Assembly: GCF_000299365.1 (NCBI RefSeq)
Contig: NC_018655.1
Location: 690,001-722,000 of the forward strand
Direction of reading: 5' to 3'
Source: Candidatus Nitrosopumilus koreensis AR1
Lineage (GTDB): Archaea > Thermoproteota > Nitrososphaeria > Nitrososphaerales > Nitrosopumilaceae
DNA length: 32,000 nucleotides
The notes under the pieces were generated by a model. The model saw only the letters and a list, made by a program, of their open reading frames with translations. It was not told the origin of the DNA and did no database searches. Below, piece by piece: positions 1 through 9,054 of this stretch (position 1 is its first letter; every line of letters starts with the position of its first letter). Made by a program: the position numbers and the translations under genes.

Positions 1-496
1 CAACAATCTTTGCACTTGGATAGAAAGACCTTCTGGATTAAACACTATGTTGTCTGGAGACGAATTAAAATTCTACAAGCAAAAACTAGCAAAGGATAAA
101 GATGAATCAAAATCTTGTCCTGATGGACAAAATTACAACGAAATCCTGTTCAAATGTGTGGTTTCTTGTGAAGATGATCTAGTTTACAATGGTTATACTG
201 ATTCATGTACTACTGAATTTGAATTAAAGTATCATGGATTCTGTGATGATGAGTTTACATATGATCCGTTATCTCATATCTGTTATTCTGATGATGGTAC
301 TTTGCAGACTCCTCTAAAGGATCCGCCAAGAACTGCTCCTCCAGAACCTGAATGTTCAATTCAATGCTTAGTTTATGATCCTGTTTGCGGAGTAGATGGA
401 ATTACTTATGCTTGTGGGATAGAAGATGCTGCATGTCATGGAGTTAAAGTCAAACATGATGGAGAATGTTCAGATTCAAAATTAGGCACAGAATAA
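1..496 (+). CDS. Kazal-like serine protease inhibitor domain protein, Cys-rich; probably 5' truncated by window edge
   Basis: Track ORF starts at ATG 47, but the frame is open to the window edge (NNLCTWIERPSGLNTMLSG...). C-terminal CSIQCLVYDPVCGVDGITYACGIEDAACHGVKVKHDGEC matches the Kazal pattern VCGxDGxTYxxxC. Confidence 0.75.
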   Translation, partial: NNLCTWIERPSGLNTMLSGDELKFYKQKLAKDKDESKSCPDGQNYNEILFKCVVSCEDDLVYNGYTDSCTTEFELKYHGFCDDEFTYDPLSHICYSDDGTLQTPLKDPPRTAPPEPECSIQCLVYDPVCGVDGITYACGIEDAACHGVKVKHDGECSDSKLGTE

Positions 497-693
497 GTCT
501 AGTTGTTTAATTTGCGTCCATTTCTATCCCCAATTTGGTAGTTAAGTCCCCGTGGGGTTGAATCTCAAATTACTTTTACAACATATTGTTAACAAAAAAA
601 TAATTATTTAAAATGGAATGTCAATAAGCGCATTTGAATTTGCATTGCACTGTATACTGATAGATTAAGTACGAATTCTAAAATCACAAAATC

Positions 694-822
694 ATGGAAC
701 CTGTAAAAGTAAAGTTTGACTGGGATAAACCATCACTAATTGAAAACAACGGTCACAATCAAGGTGAATGGGGACAAAAACCAAAAACCAGAATAACTGC
801 ATACAAAATGAGTTGGGAATAG
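694..822 (+). CDS. small hypothetical protein (42 aa)
   Basis: ATG at 694 gives MEPVKVKFDWDKPSLIENNGHNQGEWGQKPKTRITAYKMSWE, stop at 820-822; not in the track because it is below 60 aa. Confidence 0.4.
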   Translation: MEPVKVKFDWDKPSLIENNGHNQGEWGQKPKTRITAYKMSWE

Positions 823-934
823 ATATCATTTTAGATGATTCTCTGTTCATGAAATAGAGGGTAACTGGGCAAGTTTTCTAAAAAATGAATGTCTGTGTAA
901 ACGGATATTAGAAATAAAACAACAATACAAATGC

Positions 935-1906
935 GTGAATAAAACATCCTCTATTGCAGTTTTTGCTGCAGTTGTTATCTGCATTGCAGCTATAGTCGCT
1001 GTGACCCTATTTTCTGATACTTTTGTGGCTACAAATGCCGCTGATACCGTATTCTTTACGCTGCAAGGTGATGATTCTATAGGTAACCTTGATGGCAAGA
1101 CATTCCAAGCAGGACCCAAGATGACGTATGTCTCCATTTCACAGGATGGGAATCTAATCCTGGCCACAAGTAGTGGAAGTGACACTGTATTTGCATATGA
1201 TTCAGATGGAAACAAGCTAGCAGAGATTCCGGTTGGAAAAACCCCAAAGGGTGTAAAGATTCATCCAACACAGGACCTTGCCTTTGTCGCAAATGAGAAT
1301 TCTGGCACAATCAGTGTCATTGATCTTCAAACCCTAGAATCAATCAAAGATATACCTGTTGGAAAAATTCCTCACAATATTGTTTTTCATCCAAATGGTA
1401 TAACTGCATATGTTACAATTCAAGGCGGTGATGAAGTTGCAATAATTGACATTTCATCATTGACTAAAACAAATGCCATTCCTGTTGGAGCATTGCCTCA
1501 TAATCTGGACATAACTCTTGATGGCAAATTCCTGTTTGTGACCAATATTGGAACAAACGATGTTGCAGTAATTGATTTGAATAGTAATGAAATCATCAAA
1601 AGAATTCCTGTAAGTACAGGACATCATGGAATTGACATCCCTCCTTTTGGCAACAAAATCTTTGTCTCTGGAATAGGTGATGACAAGGTAAATGTGATTG
1701 ATGCATCTTCTCTTGAGTTAATCAAACAAATTCAAGTGGGAAAAGGCCCTCATGGATTAAGATCTGATCAAAATGCAAATTTTGTTTATGTCAGTGTATC
1801 TCAGACAAATGAAATTGTAGTTATTGATGTGAATAGTCTTGAGATATCAGATAGAATATCTCCTGGCAAGACTCCCTTTTGGGTTGCAATTCCAGGGAAC
1901 CCCTAG
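935..1906 (+). CDS. secreted or membrane-anchored YVTN-family beta-propeller repeat protein
   Basis: N-terminal hydrophobic segment, then repeated blades such as IPVGKTPKGVKIHPTQDLAFVANENSGTISVIDLQT and IPVGALPHNLDITLDGKFLFVTNIGTNDVAVIDLNS. Confidence 0.85.
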   Translation: MNKTSSIAVFAAVVICIAAIVAVTLFSDTFVATNAADTVFFTLQGDDSIGNLDGKTFQAGPKMTYVSISQDGNLILATSSGSDTVFAYDSDGNKLAEIPVGKTPKGVKIHPTQDLAFVANENSGTISVIDLQTLESIKDIPVGKIPHNIVFHPNGITAYVTIQGGDEVAIIDISSLTKTNAIPVGALPHNLDITLDGKFLFVTNIGTNDVAVIDLNSNEIIKRIPVSTGHHGIDIPPFGNKIFVSGIGDDKVNVIDASSLELIKQIQVGKGPHGLRSDQNANFVYVSVSQTNEIVVIDVNSLEISDRISPGKTPFWVAIPGNP

Positions 1907-2028
1907 TTTACAATCTTTGTAACGAATTTAACCTAGCCACGATTACATTTACTAAAATATGAAATTCATACTATTACTAGTATGATTGTATAGAAAGATC
2001 TTTTAATTGATTAATTGTGGTTTTTTGC

Positions 2029-2151
2029 ATGATAGATTACTACAAGTATCTAAAATGTCCAAAGTGTAAAGAGTCTGGGCTGTATTGTGCTACTCATAGA
2101 AGAGAAGTAGAAGAGATGCTTGAGAAAGAAGAACAGATTAGCTCATAGAAG
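2029..2151 (+). CDS. 40-aa mini-protein with Cys/His zinc-finger-like motif
   Basis: MIDYYKYLKCPKCKESGLYCATHRRREVEEMLEKEEQISS, with CPKC followed by CATH; not in track. Confidence 0.5.
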
Positions 2152-2229
2152 CATTATTTCCAAAATATACTTGTCAGCCTCTAAATTCTTTAATAGTTGA
2201 CCTACTAATAATAGGTTGACCTAGATACA

Positions 2230-2811
2230 ATGAGTCAGTCTGAGCCCAAACTAGAAAGCCACGAGCGTGAACGTGTACTGTTAGAGACTATCAAAGAGAA
2301 TCCAGAGGCACACCATAATGCACTCCTAAAACTAGTCGTTCCAAAATTCATGGCAAAAACCACCTTTGAGAAAACCAGAGACTCTCTAATTGAAAAGGAA
2401 ATCGTCTCTGTGACTATGAAAAGCAACATGAAGTTCTACCATTTGACTGAAGACTATGAACACAAGTCATCTCAGCATATAGAGCAAACAACAAACAGTT
2501 CATTTCATCATGTAAAATCCCTGATCAGAAGATTGGACACGGATTTTCCTCACAAAGACATTGATGAGAAAATCAATTTTACAAACTTGCTTCTAAAAGA
2601 ACTGCTCCAAACAGATAACGGCTTTACAATATTGGATTCTCTCAAAAACCCAAACAAAACACTGTATCGAGACGAACACCTGACCATTCAGCAGCTAATC
2701 TACAAGGTTTTTGAGGCAATCAGAAAAGACAAGGATTCTGAACTGTTGCTTCCAACAATAATTAGCTATTTGGGAGTAGTTGTCCTAAAAGATTCTGTGG
2801 ATAGTCTCTAG
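2230..2811 (+). CDS. hypothetical protein with winged-helix-like N-terminal region
   Basis: 193-aa ORF; N-terminal helix-rich segment followed by LIEKEIVSVTMKSNMKFYHLTEDYE, resembling a wing and a LT-x-E/Y end. Confidence 0.7.
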   Translation: MSQSEPKLESHERERVLLETIKENPEAHHNALLKLVVPKFMAKTTFEKTRDSLIEKEIVSVTMKSNMKFYHLTEDYEHKSSQHIEQTTNSSFHHVKSLIRRLDTDFPHKDIDEKINFTNLLLKELLQTDNGFTILDSLKNPNKTLYRDEHLTIQQLIYKVFEAIRKDKDSELLLPTIISYLGVVVLKDSVDSL

Positions 2812-2842
2812 TTATTTATTCAGGTTCGATTCAGGATATCTT

Positions 2843-3073
2843 GTGGGATTACTATACACAAAATTTTACATGGATTTTGATGAAAATGACTGGGACCAAA
2901 TATCAAATGACCCCATAATCTTTCAGACCAAAAATGACGATGTATCCCTGGAGATAGAAGATGCATCTCGCAACTTTTACAAACTGCGTTTCAAAAAAGG
3001 CGGCAAACTTCAGATGTTTCGAGTGACTGGAAGATTTCGCCTGACTTGGAATGATGAAGATGTGCTTGACTAA
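2843..3073 (+). CDS. conserved-looking hypothetical protein (76 aa)
   Basis: Intact ORF in a gene-dense co-directional run; the antisense ORF 2903..3112 is rejected. Confidence 0.55.
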   Translation: MGLLYTKFYMDFDENDWDQISNDPIIFQTKNDDVSLEIEDASRNFYKLRFKKGGKLQMFRVTGRFRLTWNDEDVLD

Positions 3074-3105
3074 AAATATAACTGGCTTTTTTTGAAAAAT
3101 ATTCC

Positions 3106-3336
3106 ATGTCATTAGATGAACAAGTTTCTAAAATCTTGGAAAATTTTGAAAACACATCTTCAAGTGAAATTGTTGATGTTTTAAAGCAAATTCAGCCTCA
3201 ATTTAAGAGCAATTTGACATCTGAATACCTTGATGGAAAAATCCAGAAAATTTTAGATGCTGCAGATGAATCTGAAAAAATGAAGCAATGCAAAGCATTG
3301 ACTCCATATCTTGATTGGTATCTGCAAGGATTGTAA
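3106..3336 (+). CDS. hypothetical protein (76 aa)
   Basis: Intact ORF with helical composition, in a co-directional run. Confidence 0.6.
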   Translation: MSLDEQVSKILENFENTSSSEIVDVLKQIQPQFKSNLTSEYLDGKIQKILDAADESEKMKQCKALTPYLDWYLQGL

Positions 3337-3338
3337 AA

Positions 3339-3764
3339 TTATTCTGAATACTCTTTTATTTTTGCAATTGCATTCTTGATTATTGGCAAATCATTTTTTG
3401 CCTCTACCATGTCTCCGACCAATTTGACAAAATACTCGTGTCCTGTGTCTTGAGCTTTTTGAATGTCAGACTCGTAGCACATTAGCGCTTTCTCAAAAAA
3501 TGGTACCTCGTCACTTAGTGCTTTTACTTGCTGAATATCATTAATACTGTTTTCAATTTTCTTTACCACTTCATCGATTTTTGGAACTGTTTTCATTGCT
3601 TGTTGATTCAAAACTGATGCAAACATCGCAGCAGAATCTTTTAACTCCGGACTGTTTGCAATGGTTCTTAGTCTTTTTCGATAATGTGTTAATGATTTTA
3701 GGACTATTTCATATCCTCCCCCATCTTTTAGAAATATTGCACCTGTCCATACTTTTTCTGCCAT
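3339..3764 (-). CDS. hypothetical helical protein (141 aa)
   Basis: Intact ORF with amphipathic helix-rich composition. Confidence 0.65.
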   Translation of the reverse strand: MAEKVWTGAIFLKDGGGYEIVLKSLTHYRKRLRTIANSPELKDSAAMFASVLNQQAMKTVPKIDEVVKKIENSINDIQQVKALSDEVPFFEKALMCYESDIQKAQDTGHEYFVKLVGDMVEAKNDLPIIKNAIAKIKEYSE

Positions 3765-3837
3765 TAAAAATTACTAATCTTGGTGCAATAATTAAGTTGC
3801 CACCAGCATATGATCTACTTTGAAAATCAATCACATT

Positions 3838-4062
3838 CTATGGTTCAAAACTTTCTTTGATTGGTGGCTGACTTCTGTTAATAAGATATAGCAAGACTCC
3901 TGCCACTATCACGCCGATTCCAGATAATCCTACAAACGTTCCAATGTTTTTGATCAGTCTTAAGAGAGGCTCTACTTGGCCCAATTCTATTGAATAAAAC
4001 ATGATCAATCCGGCAATAAACATGCCCCCACCTACGATGATCATTAGAATCCCTGGTTTCAT
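3838..4062 (-). CDS. small membrane protein with two predicted TM segments
   Basis: Hydrophobic segments ILMIIVGGGMFIAGLIMFY and IGTFVGLSGIGVIVAGVLLYLI. Confidence 0.65.
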   Translation of the reverse strand: MKPGILMIIVGGGMFIAGLIMFYSIELGQVEPLLRLIKNIGTFVGLSGIGVIVAGVLLYLINRSQPPIKESFEP

Positions 4063-4174
4063 AGTCTGGTGTGGATTTTCTAATTAATAAATCACCTAAA
4101 ATTTATGCATGTGTAAATTTTTTTAAAAAGTTATTTTTACTAGACTAGAACAAAACTAACAAAAGGCGAATGGC

Positions 4175-5622
4175 ATGCAGCAGTTGACTCTATCCCAAAC
4201 AATAGAAAATGTACAAGCCTTAATTGATTCTGGGGATGGGGATCCTGGAAGATTATCCTATATCCTTGAATGTCTGAAAGGCAATCGTCCTTTGTATCAT
4301 TCCGATCAAAATTATTTAGAAAAAAACTAGATTCATCATTTAGTCTTGAAGAAGACAAAGAAGAACCTGAAACTCACAATGATGTTTTGCCAAAAATTCA
4401 AGAACTAATCAATTCTGGAATTGGAGATTCTGGCAGGTTGCAACATATTTTTGATATGATTGCAAGCAACAAAACACTATACCACTCTGATGCATTATAC
4501 TTGGAGGCAAAACTAAACGAGTCTGTTTCTCCAGAACCATCAACACTTCCAAGTGAACCACCTAAACCAAAACCATCAACACTTCCAAAAGAACCACCTA
4601 AACCAGAACCAAAACCATCAGTTAGAGGAAGTCTGCCAAAGGGATGGAATGCAAACAATTCTGTTGAGATTGAACAAATCTCAAAAAACATTCGCGATGA
4701 GGAAGAAAAAATCGAAAAACAAAAACTGCTTTCAAGTGAAATTAATATACATCGTTCAAAATTAGCTCAACTACAGTCTCACAGAAAAGAATACGAGCAA
4801 AAAGTAACTCAGGAAAAAGCAACTCTTGAAGCTCAAATTCAAGAAGAACGACTCAAAATTGAAACCCAAACAAAACTTTCTGAAGAAATCATCTCCCAGA
4901 AAGAAGAGTTGGCAAAAGTGAAAAAAGAACGTACACAAATACTCAAAAATATCGATTCTGAAAAATCAAAAATTTCAAAAGAACTAGCAAAACAAAAAAG
5001 ACAATTGGCCCAAGCCCAATTAGAGCAAGAAAAACTCGAAAAACAGGTTCAAACTGAACAATCACTGCTAGCCAAGATGATTGAAGAGCAAAAATTACGT
5101 CTACTTGAGCAAGCAACCATTGCAAATCAAATCAAGTCAAAACAAAGCGAGTTGGAGCAAACCAAGAAAGATTACGAGTATATTGTTTCCCAGGTAAAAG
5201 AAGAAAAAGCAAAATTTGCAGAATCTGAGAAACTAAAAAATCTGATAAAATCCCAAGAAGAAGATCTAATCAAATCAAAAGAAGCTAGACTCAACCTGAT
5301 AAACACCATATCCAAAGAAAAAGAATTGATTACCAAAAAGACAAACGAGGAAAAAGAACGCCTAAAATCCCAACAAAACATAGCAAAGCAACTCAAAAAA
5401 GAAGAAAAAGACTATGAATCTCTCAAAAAGAAACGTGAAAAAATAGAACAGCAAATCAAATTAAAAAATAAAAAATTAAAAGAAAAACAACAAAAACTAA
5501 AGCAACAAATTTCAGAAAAAAACAAGAAACTAAAGTCTCTTGGTACAAAGACTACAAAATCTACCAAGACTGCCAAAAAATCTACTAAGAAAACTGCAAC
5601 AAAAACTACAAAATCATCTTAG
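4175..5622 (+). CDS. coiled-coil protein with duplicated N-terminal LYHSDxxYLE domain and Lys-rich tail; frame broken at an A tract
   Basis: Track ORF is 4270..5622. Adding one A in A7 (4320-4326) joins MQQLTLSQTIENVQALIDSGDGDPGRLSYILECLKGNRPLYHSDQNYLEKKL in frame to the downstream coiled-coil ORF. Span of 1448 nt plus 1 equals 483 codons. Confidence 0.75.
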
Positions 5623-6231
5623 CTTTACTGTGATTTCCTCACCATTTCCTATTGGTGATGTTATGGTTCGAACATTTTGATTTGCATGTATGTGCTGTGA
5701 ATATTTCTTCATCTCCTCTCTGTATTTTTCAGGATATAGCATGTTATCAGTAATAATTACTCCGCCAATTGAGACTAGTGGCAAAATCATATCAAAATAT
5801 TCTATGGCGTTTTCCTTATCTGCATCAATTAATACAAAATCAAAAAAATTCTTGTATTTTTCTTGCAAACTAAGTTTTCTCAATACCTCCATGGCCAAAC
5901 CTTCCTCAATTGTTATGACCTCTGAAACACCTGCTTTTTGAAAATTCTCCTTTGCCCTTTTGATTTTTACTGGATTTTGCTCTATTGTTATGATGCTGCC
6001 TCCATTTTCTATAATGGCTTCTGCACACCATATTGTGGAGTAGCCAACTGACATCCCAACTTCGAGCATGTTTTTGGCATTTTTCATCCTGATTATCATG
6101 TTGAGCAGCTCGCCAGTCTCTTTTGTTATTGCCAGCATTCTCTCATTTGGAGCAACATCGACTTTTCTTGATTTTTCTAATGATGATTGTCTTTCTAGTT
6201 CTTCTAGAACCTCAAACACGGGACTGGTCAT
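5614..6231 (-). CDS. class I SAM-dependent O-methyltransferase
   Basis: MLEVGMSVGYSTIWCAEAI...GGSIITIEQNP...FDFVLIDADKENAIEYFDMILPLVSIGGVIITDNML: typical O-methyltransferase family 3 motifs. Confidence 0.88.
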   Translation of the reverse strand: MTSPVFEVLEELERQSSLEKSRKVDVAPNERMLAITKETGELLNMIIRMKNAKNMLEVGMSVGYSTIWCAEAIIENGGSIITIEQNPVKIKRAKENFQKAGVSEVITIEEGLAMEVLRKLSLQEKYKNFFDFVLIDADKENAIEYFDMILPLVSIGGVIITDNMLYPEKYREEMKKYSQHIHANQNVRTITSPIGNGEEITVKLR

Positions 6232-6330
6232 TTTTTCTATATGTTAAGAAACCCTGTTCATGTATTAGTTATTCTAAGATCGTGCATTATTTTTATTAGA
6301 TTATATTTGCCCGATAATTTTTGCTGTGTA

Positions 6331-6708
6331 ATGGCAGCAAAGAAAGTCGATCTGCTTGAAATTGTTCAAAAAATCATTAACTTGGACTCTAAAATGAGAT
6401 TTGCAGCAATAATTGATTCTAAAGGTGACATTCGAGAGGCAATTATGAAAACAGGCAAGACAAGTCTCAAATCTCAAAAAGAGGAAGAGCATTTTTGCAA
6501 ACAAGTAGCCCAAAGACGTGCCATGAGAAAAGAGTTTGATAGATCACTTGGCAAGGTACGATACGTCCATGTTGAAAGAGAAAAGGTGTCTCAAATGGTA
6601 GTGTATGCAAAAAGAAACATCGTCTACTTCACAATGGAGCCTGAAATGCCAATTAATACAAAGATTAGATTAATCACAAAAATCAAAAAGTTCACAGCAG
6701 ACCTCTAG
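6331..6708 (+). CDS. thaumarchaeal hypothetical protein, roadblock/DUF6659-like
   Basis: MAAKKVDLLEIVQKIINLDSKMRFAAIIDSKGDI...; internal ATG at 6331 preferred over track start 6241. The family name is from memory. Confidence 0.65.
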   Translation: MAAKKVDLLEIVQKIINLDSKMRFAAIIDSKGDIREAIMKTGKTSLKSQKEEEHFCKQVAQRRAMRKEFDRSLGKVRYVHVEREKVSQMVVYAKRNIVYFTMEPEMPINTKIRLITKIKKFTADL

Positions 6709-6731
6709 CTGTTCTGGTTTCTTCAAGTCTC

Positions 6732-7079
6732 ATGACTTTTCAAAAATATCTTGGCGATTCAAAGATGTTTGAATACGATAAGCATTACAGGGACTGTCAG
6801 CAGCTAGACAAACCATTCATCAAGGCAAAGATAAATCCGCAGCATGGAAACTATTTTGTACAAATTGATTTGATGCCATGTCACTACAAATTCTCAAAAA
6901 ATGATGAGGAGAAAATCAAAAAAACAATAGAGTCTGAAAATGATTTTCTAAAGTCAAATTCTGAGCCACAAATGCAGGGGTTTAGTATTACTTCTGAGCT
7001 TGCATGGTTTGATGGCATTTCAGTCAAACATCTTGATTCTTTTTGCAATTACCTTTATGATTTGACTCAGGATGTCTAA
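6732..7079 (+). CDS. hypothetical protein; alternative start 6771
   Basis: Intact ORF; MFEYDKHYRDCQQL... from 6771 is also plausible. Confidence 0.6.
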   Translation: MTFQKYLGDSKMFEYDKHYRDCQQLDKPFIKAKINPQHGNYFVQIDLMPCHYKFSKNDEEKIKKTIESENDFLKSNSEPQMQGFSITSELAWFDGISVKHLDSFCNYLYDLTQDV

Positions 7080-7294
7080 AATCTGATCAAATTCTTTAGT
7101 ATCTTATCTATGACTTTGAGTTCCTGCCTTCTTTCTTTGATTGTGGTTTCGTTCCATTTTTTTGCAAACTCTGATTTTTGATCCAGTTTTTCTAGTTCGC
7201 TGATGTATTTTATGAGGTGTATCTTGTATTCGTGTAGCAAATCCAAGTGTTTGTTGTGATTTTTTTCTGTAGGTGTTGGCATCTCATTCCTCAA
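7076..7294 (-). CDS. small coiled-coil hypothetical protein
   Basis: 72-aa ORF; overlaps the upstream small ORF by 11 nt. Confidence 0.5.
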   Translation of the reverse strand: MRNEMPTPTEKNHNKHLDLLHEYKIHLIKYISELEKLDQKSEFAKKWNETTIKERRQELKVIDKILKNLIRF

Positions 7295-7493
7295 TGTCTG
7301 GAAACATTTCCTTGATTCTTATTTTGTCTTTTTCCATGGCCTCTATTCTTTTTTCAAGATGATTCTTAATAACTGGGTCTTCTTCACCTTTCATCTCACT
7401 TTTGAGATTTGAGATTGTTTTTGTCAATGATCTATAATATGTAATGTGATTTTTCTTTGATTCTTCTGATGTGTCTTCCTTTTTTACATCCAT
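7284..7493 (-). CDS. small coiled-coil hypothetical protein ending KIRIKEMFPDIEE
   Basis: 69-aa ORF; its C-terminus resembles that of 12549..12743. Confidence 0.55.
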   Translation of the reverse strand: MDVKKEDTSEESKKNHITYYRSLTKTISNLKSEMKGEEDPVIKNHLEKRIEAMEKDKIRIKEMFPDIEE

Positions 7494-7628
7494 AATCTCG
7501 GTCTATTTCTTGCAAGTCAAGTATTTGTTGCTTATCCTTTTCTTACAAATTGAATGCAAAAATCACATGAATTTTGAATTTTTCAGGATGTAATTTACAC
7601 TAATATTGAAATGCTGTTCAGTAATATT

Positions 7629-7904
7629 ATGAAAATTCTTGTAGATGAAAATCTAGATGGAATGGATGAGCGTCTCAAAGCACATGGATATGACGCATAT
7701 AGCGTACGAAAACTGCAAAGAGAAGGAAAAAAGCTTGGTTCTGATTATTCCATAATTAACTATGCCCGAGAAAACGACATGATCATCGTAACCAAAGACA
7801 CTGAATTTCGTAAAGCCAGCGAAGAAAACGACTTTCCTCTGGTACTACTTGATGATGAAGAGATTCTCAAAGTTATTGTAGAAAAACTAAAAAATTTTAG
7901 TTGA
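7629..7904 (+). CDS. DUF5615 / PIN-like (Mut7-C-like) putative nuclease
   Basis: MKILVDENLDGMDERLKAHGYDAYSV...DYSIINYARENDMIIVTKDTEFRK...PLVLLDDEE: acidic residues arranged as in DUF5615 PIN-like proteins. In-frame ATG 7629 preferred. Confidence 0.75.
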   Translation: MKILVDENLDGMDERLKAHGYDAYSVRKLQREGKKLGSDYSIINYARENDMIIVTKDTEFRKASEENDFPLVLLDDEEILKVIVEKLKNFS

Positions 7905-8463
7905 TGTTTTTTACATCAATATGCGAAATTCTCAAGTTTGCCATAACTTCATTAAGAAACACGTCTTCAGGCTGACGTGAGATGTTTGTCATGATTGCTT
8001 GCCAGCAGTCATCTATTTTCCTATTGATTTGAGAAAACATCTTGTCTTTTCTAAACGTGGGGTAAAACGACAATAGTTTCATGACTCCGTCAGTTGACTG
8101 GACTATCTGTATGATGTGGATGATTGCCCTCAATCTCTCTTGAAATGAAAACTTTTCACTCTTGCTAACTGTTTCAAAATTATTAATCTCACCATAAATC
8201 GTGTTTACCTCTTTATGCAGACTTTTTAGTTGCTTGTTTACTGATTCGTAGAGATCAACTAACTCGTACTCGATATGTGCTCTGCTGTATACCTGTTTTT
8301 CAATATCTCCTGATTCTACCAGTGCACTGATTTCTCTGTATACTGTCTTTTCATTTCCAACCTTTGCTATCACTCTCTTTGCAAGTTCAGTACCTCTGGT
8401 CTTTCCGTTTTCATTTAGAATCCTAATGATCTCTGTTCTGATAATCTCTGAATTTTTGTCCAT
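7897..8463 (-). CDS. winged-helix DNA-binding-like hypothetical protein
   Basis: EIIRILNENGKTRGTELAKRVIAKVGNEKTVYREISALVESGDIEKQVYSRAHIEYEL looks like a winged-helix domain. Confidence 0.65.
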   Translation of the reverse strand: MDKNSEIIRTEIIRILNENGKTRGTELAKRVIAKVGNEKTVYREISALVESGDIEKQVYSRAHIEYELVDLYESVNKQLKSLHKEVNTIYGEINNFETVSKSEKFSFQERLRAIIHIIQIVQSTDGVMKLLSFYPTFRKDKMFSQINRKIDDCWQAIMTNISRQPEDVFLNEVMANLRISHIDVKNIN

Positions 8464-8638
8464 CTATTTTCCCTGATATTTCTCTATGACCTTTTTTTCG
8501 CCCATCTCACTAATCTCTTTTGCTAACTGCTCTAAGATCTCAATTCCTTTTTTGATTGGTTCTTTTGGAAGATTTTTTGTGCTCTAGTTTTTGTTTTAGG
8601 ACCAGTTTCTCATTATTTACAAAACTAAGTAAACTCAC
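8464..8638 (-). CDS. putative small protein (57 aa) with a one-base frame break; abuts the downstream gene
   Basis: Removing one T from T6 (8573-8578) gives GTG-initiated MSLLSFVNNEKLVLKQKLEHKNLPKEPIKKGIEILEQLAKEISEMGEKKVIEKYQGK, with TAG immediately before the ATG of 7897..8463. Span of 175 minus 1 equals 58 codons. Confidence 0.35.
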
Positions 8639-8779
8639 CTTTTGACCCATGTTCAGATTAATGAAAAAATCTACATATTCTGAAGCGCTTCCAATCCCCA
8701 TTATTGACTGGTTTTTTCTTCTTGTATTTGTTTGAAGCCTATTGAATTAGGTTAAATAATTTCATGATTCTATTATTGT

Positions 8780-9043
8780 GTGGATAAATGTGACAGACGT
8801 GTTCGTGCGTACAAGAACGGCAAGACACTTGAGCAATGCAAAGAAGCTGCAGAATCTCTGAACCCTGGTTTCAAAGAGCAGATTGAAAAAAACGGCCAAG
8901 TTTTGTGGACTGAAATCTTGGAGCAGGTAGATCATGATGAGTTGGTCTACAAGTTTACGCTCAAATTCCTCAGACGCGACGGATATGATATTGGAAATTG
9001 GAAACGCCCTCGTGTCCAAAAGTTCAATCATTGGTTTACATGA
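8780..9043 (+). CDS. hypothetical protein (87 aa)
   Basis: Intact ORF with sensible composition; GTG/ATG start region. Confidence 0.55.
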   Translation: MDKCDRRVRAYKNGKTLEQCKEAAESLNPGFKEQIEKNGQVLWTEILEQVDHDELVYKFTLKFLRRDGYDIGNWKRPRVQKFNHWFT

Positions 9044-9054
9044 AATTCTCTTAA

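Noticed and set aside
540-585. Possible tRNA T-arm-like sequence (cccgtggggttgaatctcaaat)
   Set aside because: No acceptor stem, D-arm or anticodon arm could be assembled around it.
847-1215. 122-aa and 77-aa minus-strand ORFs over the YVTN propeller gene
   Set aside because: They are antisense to a clearly recognisable coding gene, with improbable composition and no domain signature; likely shadow ORFs.
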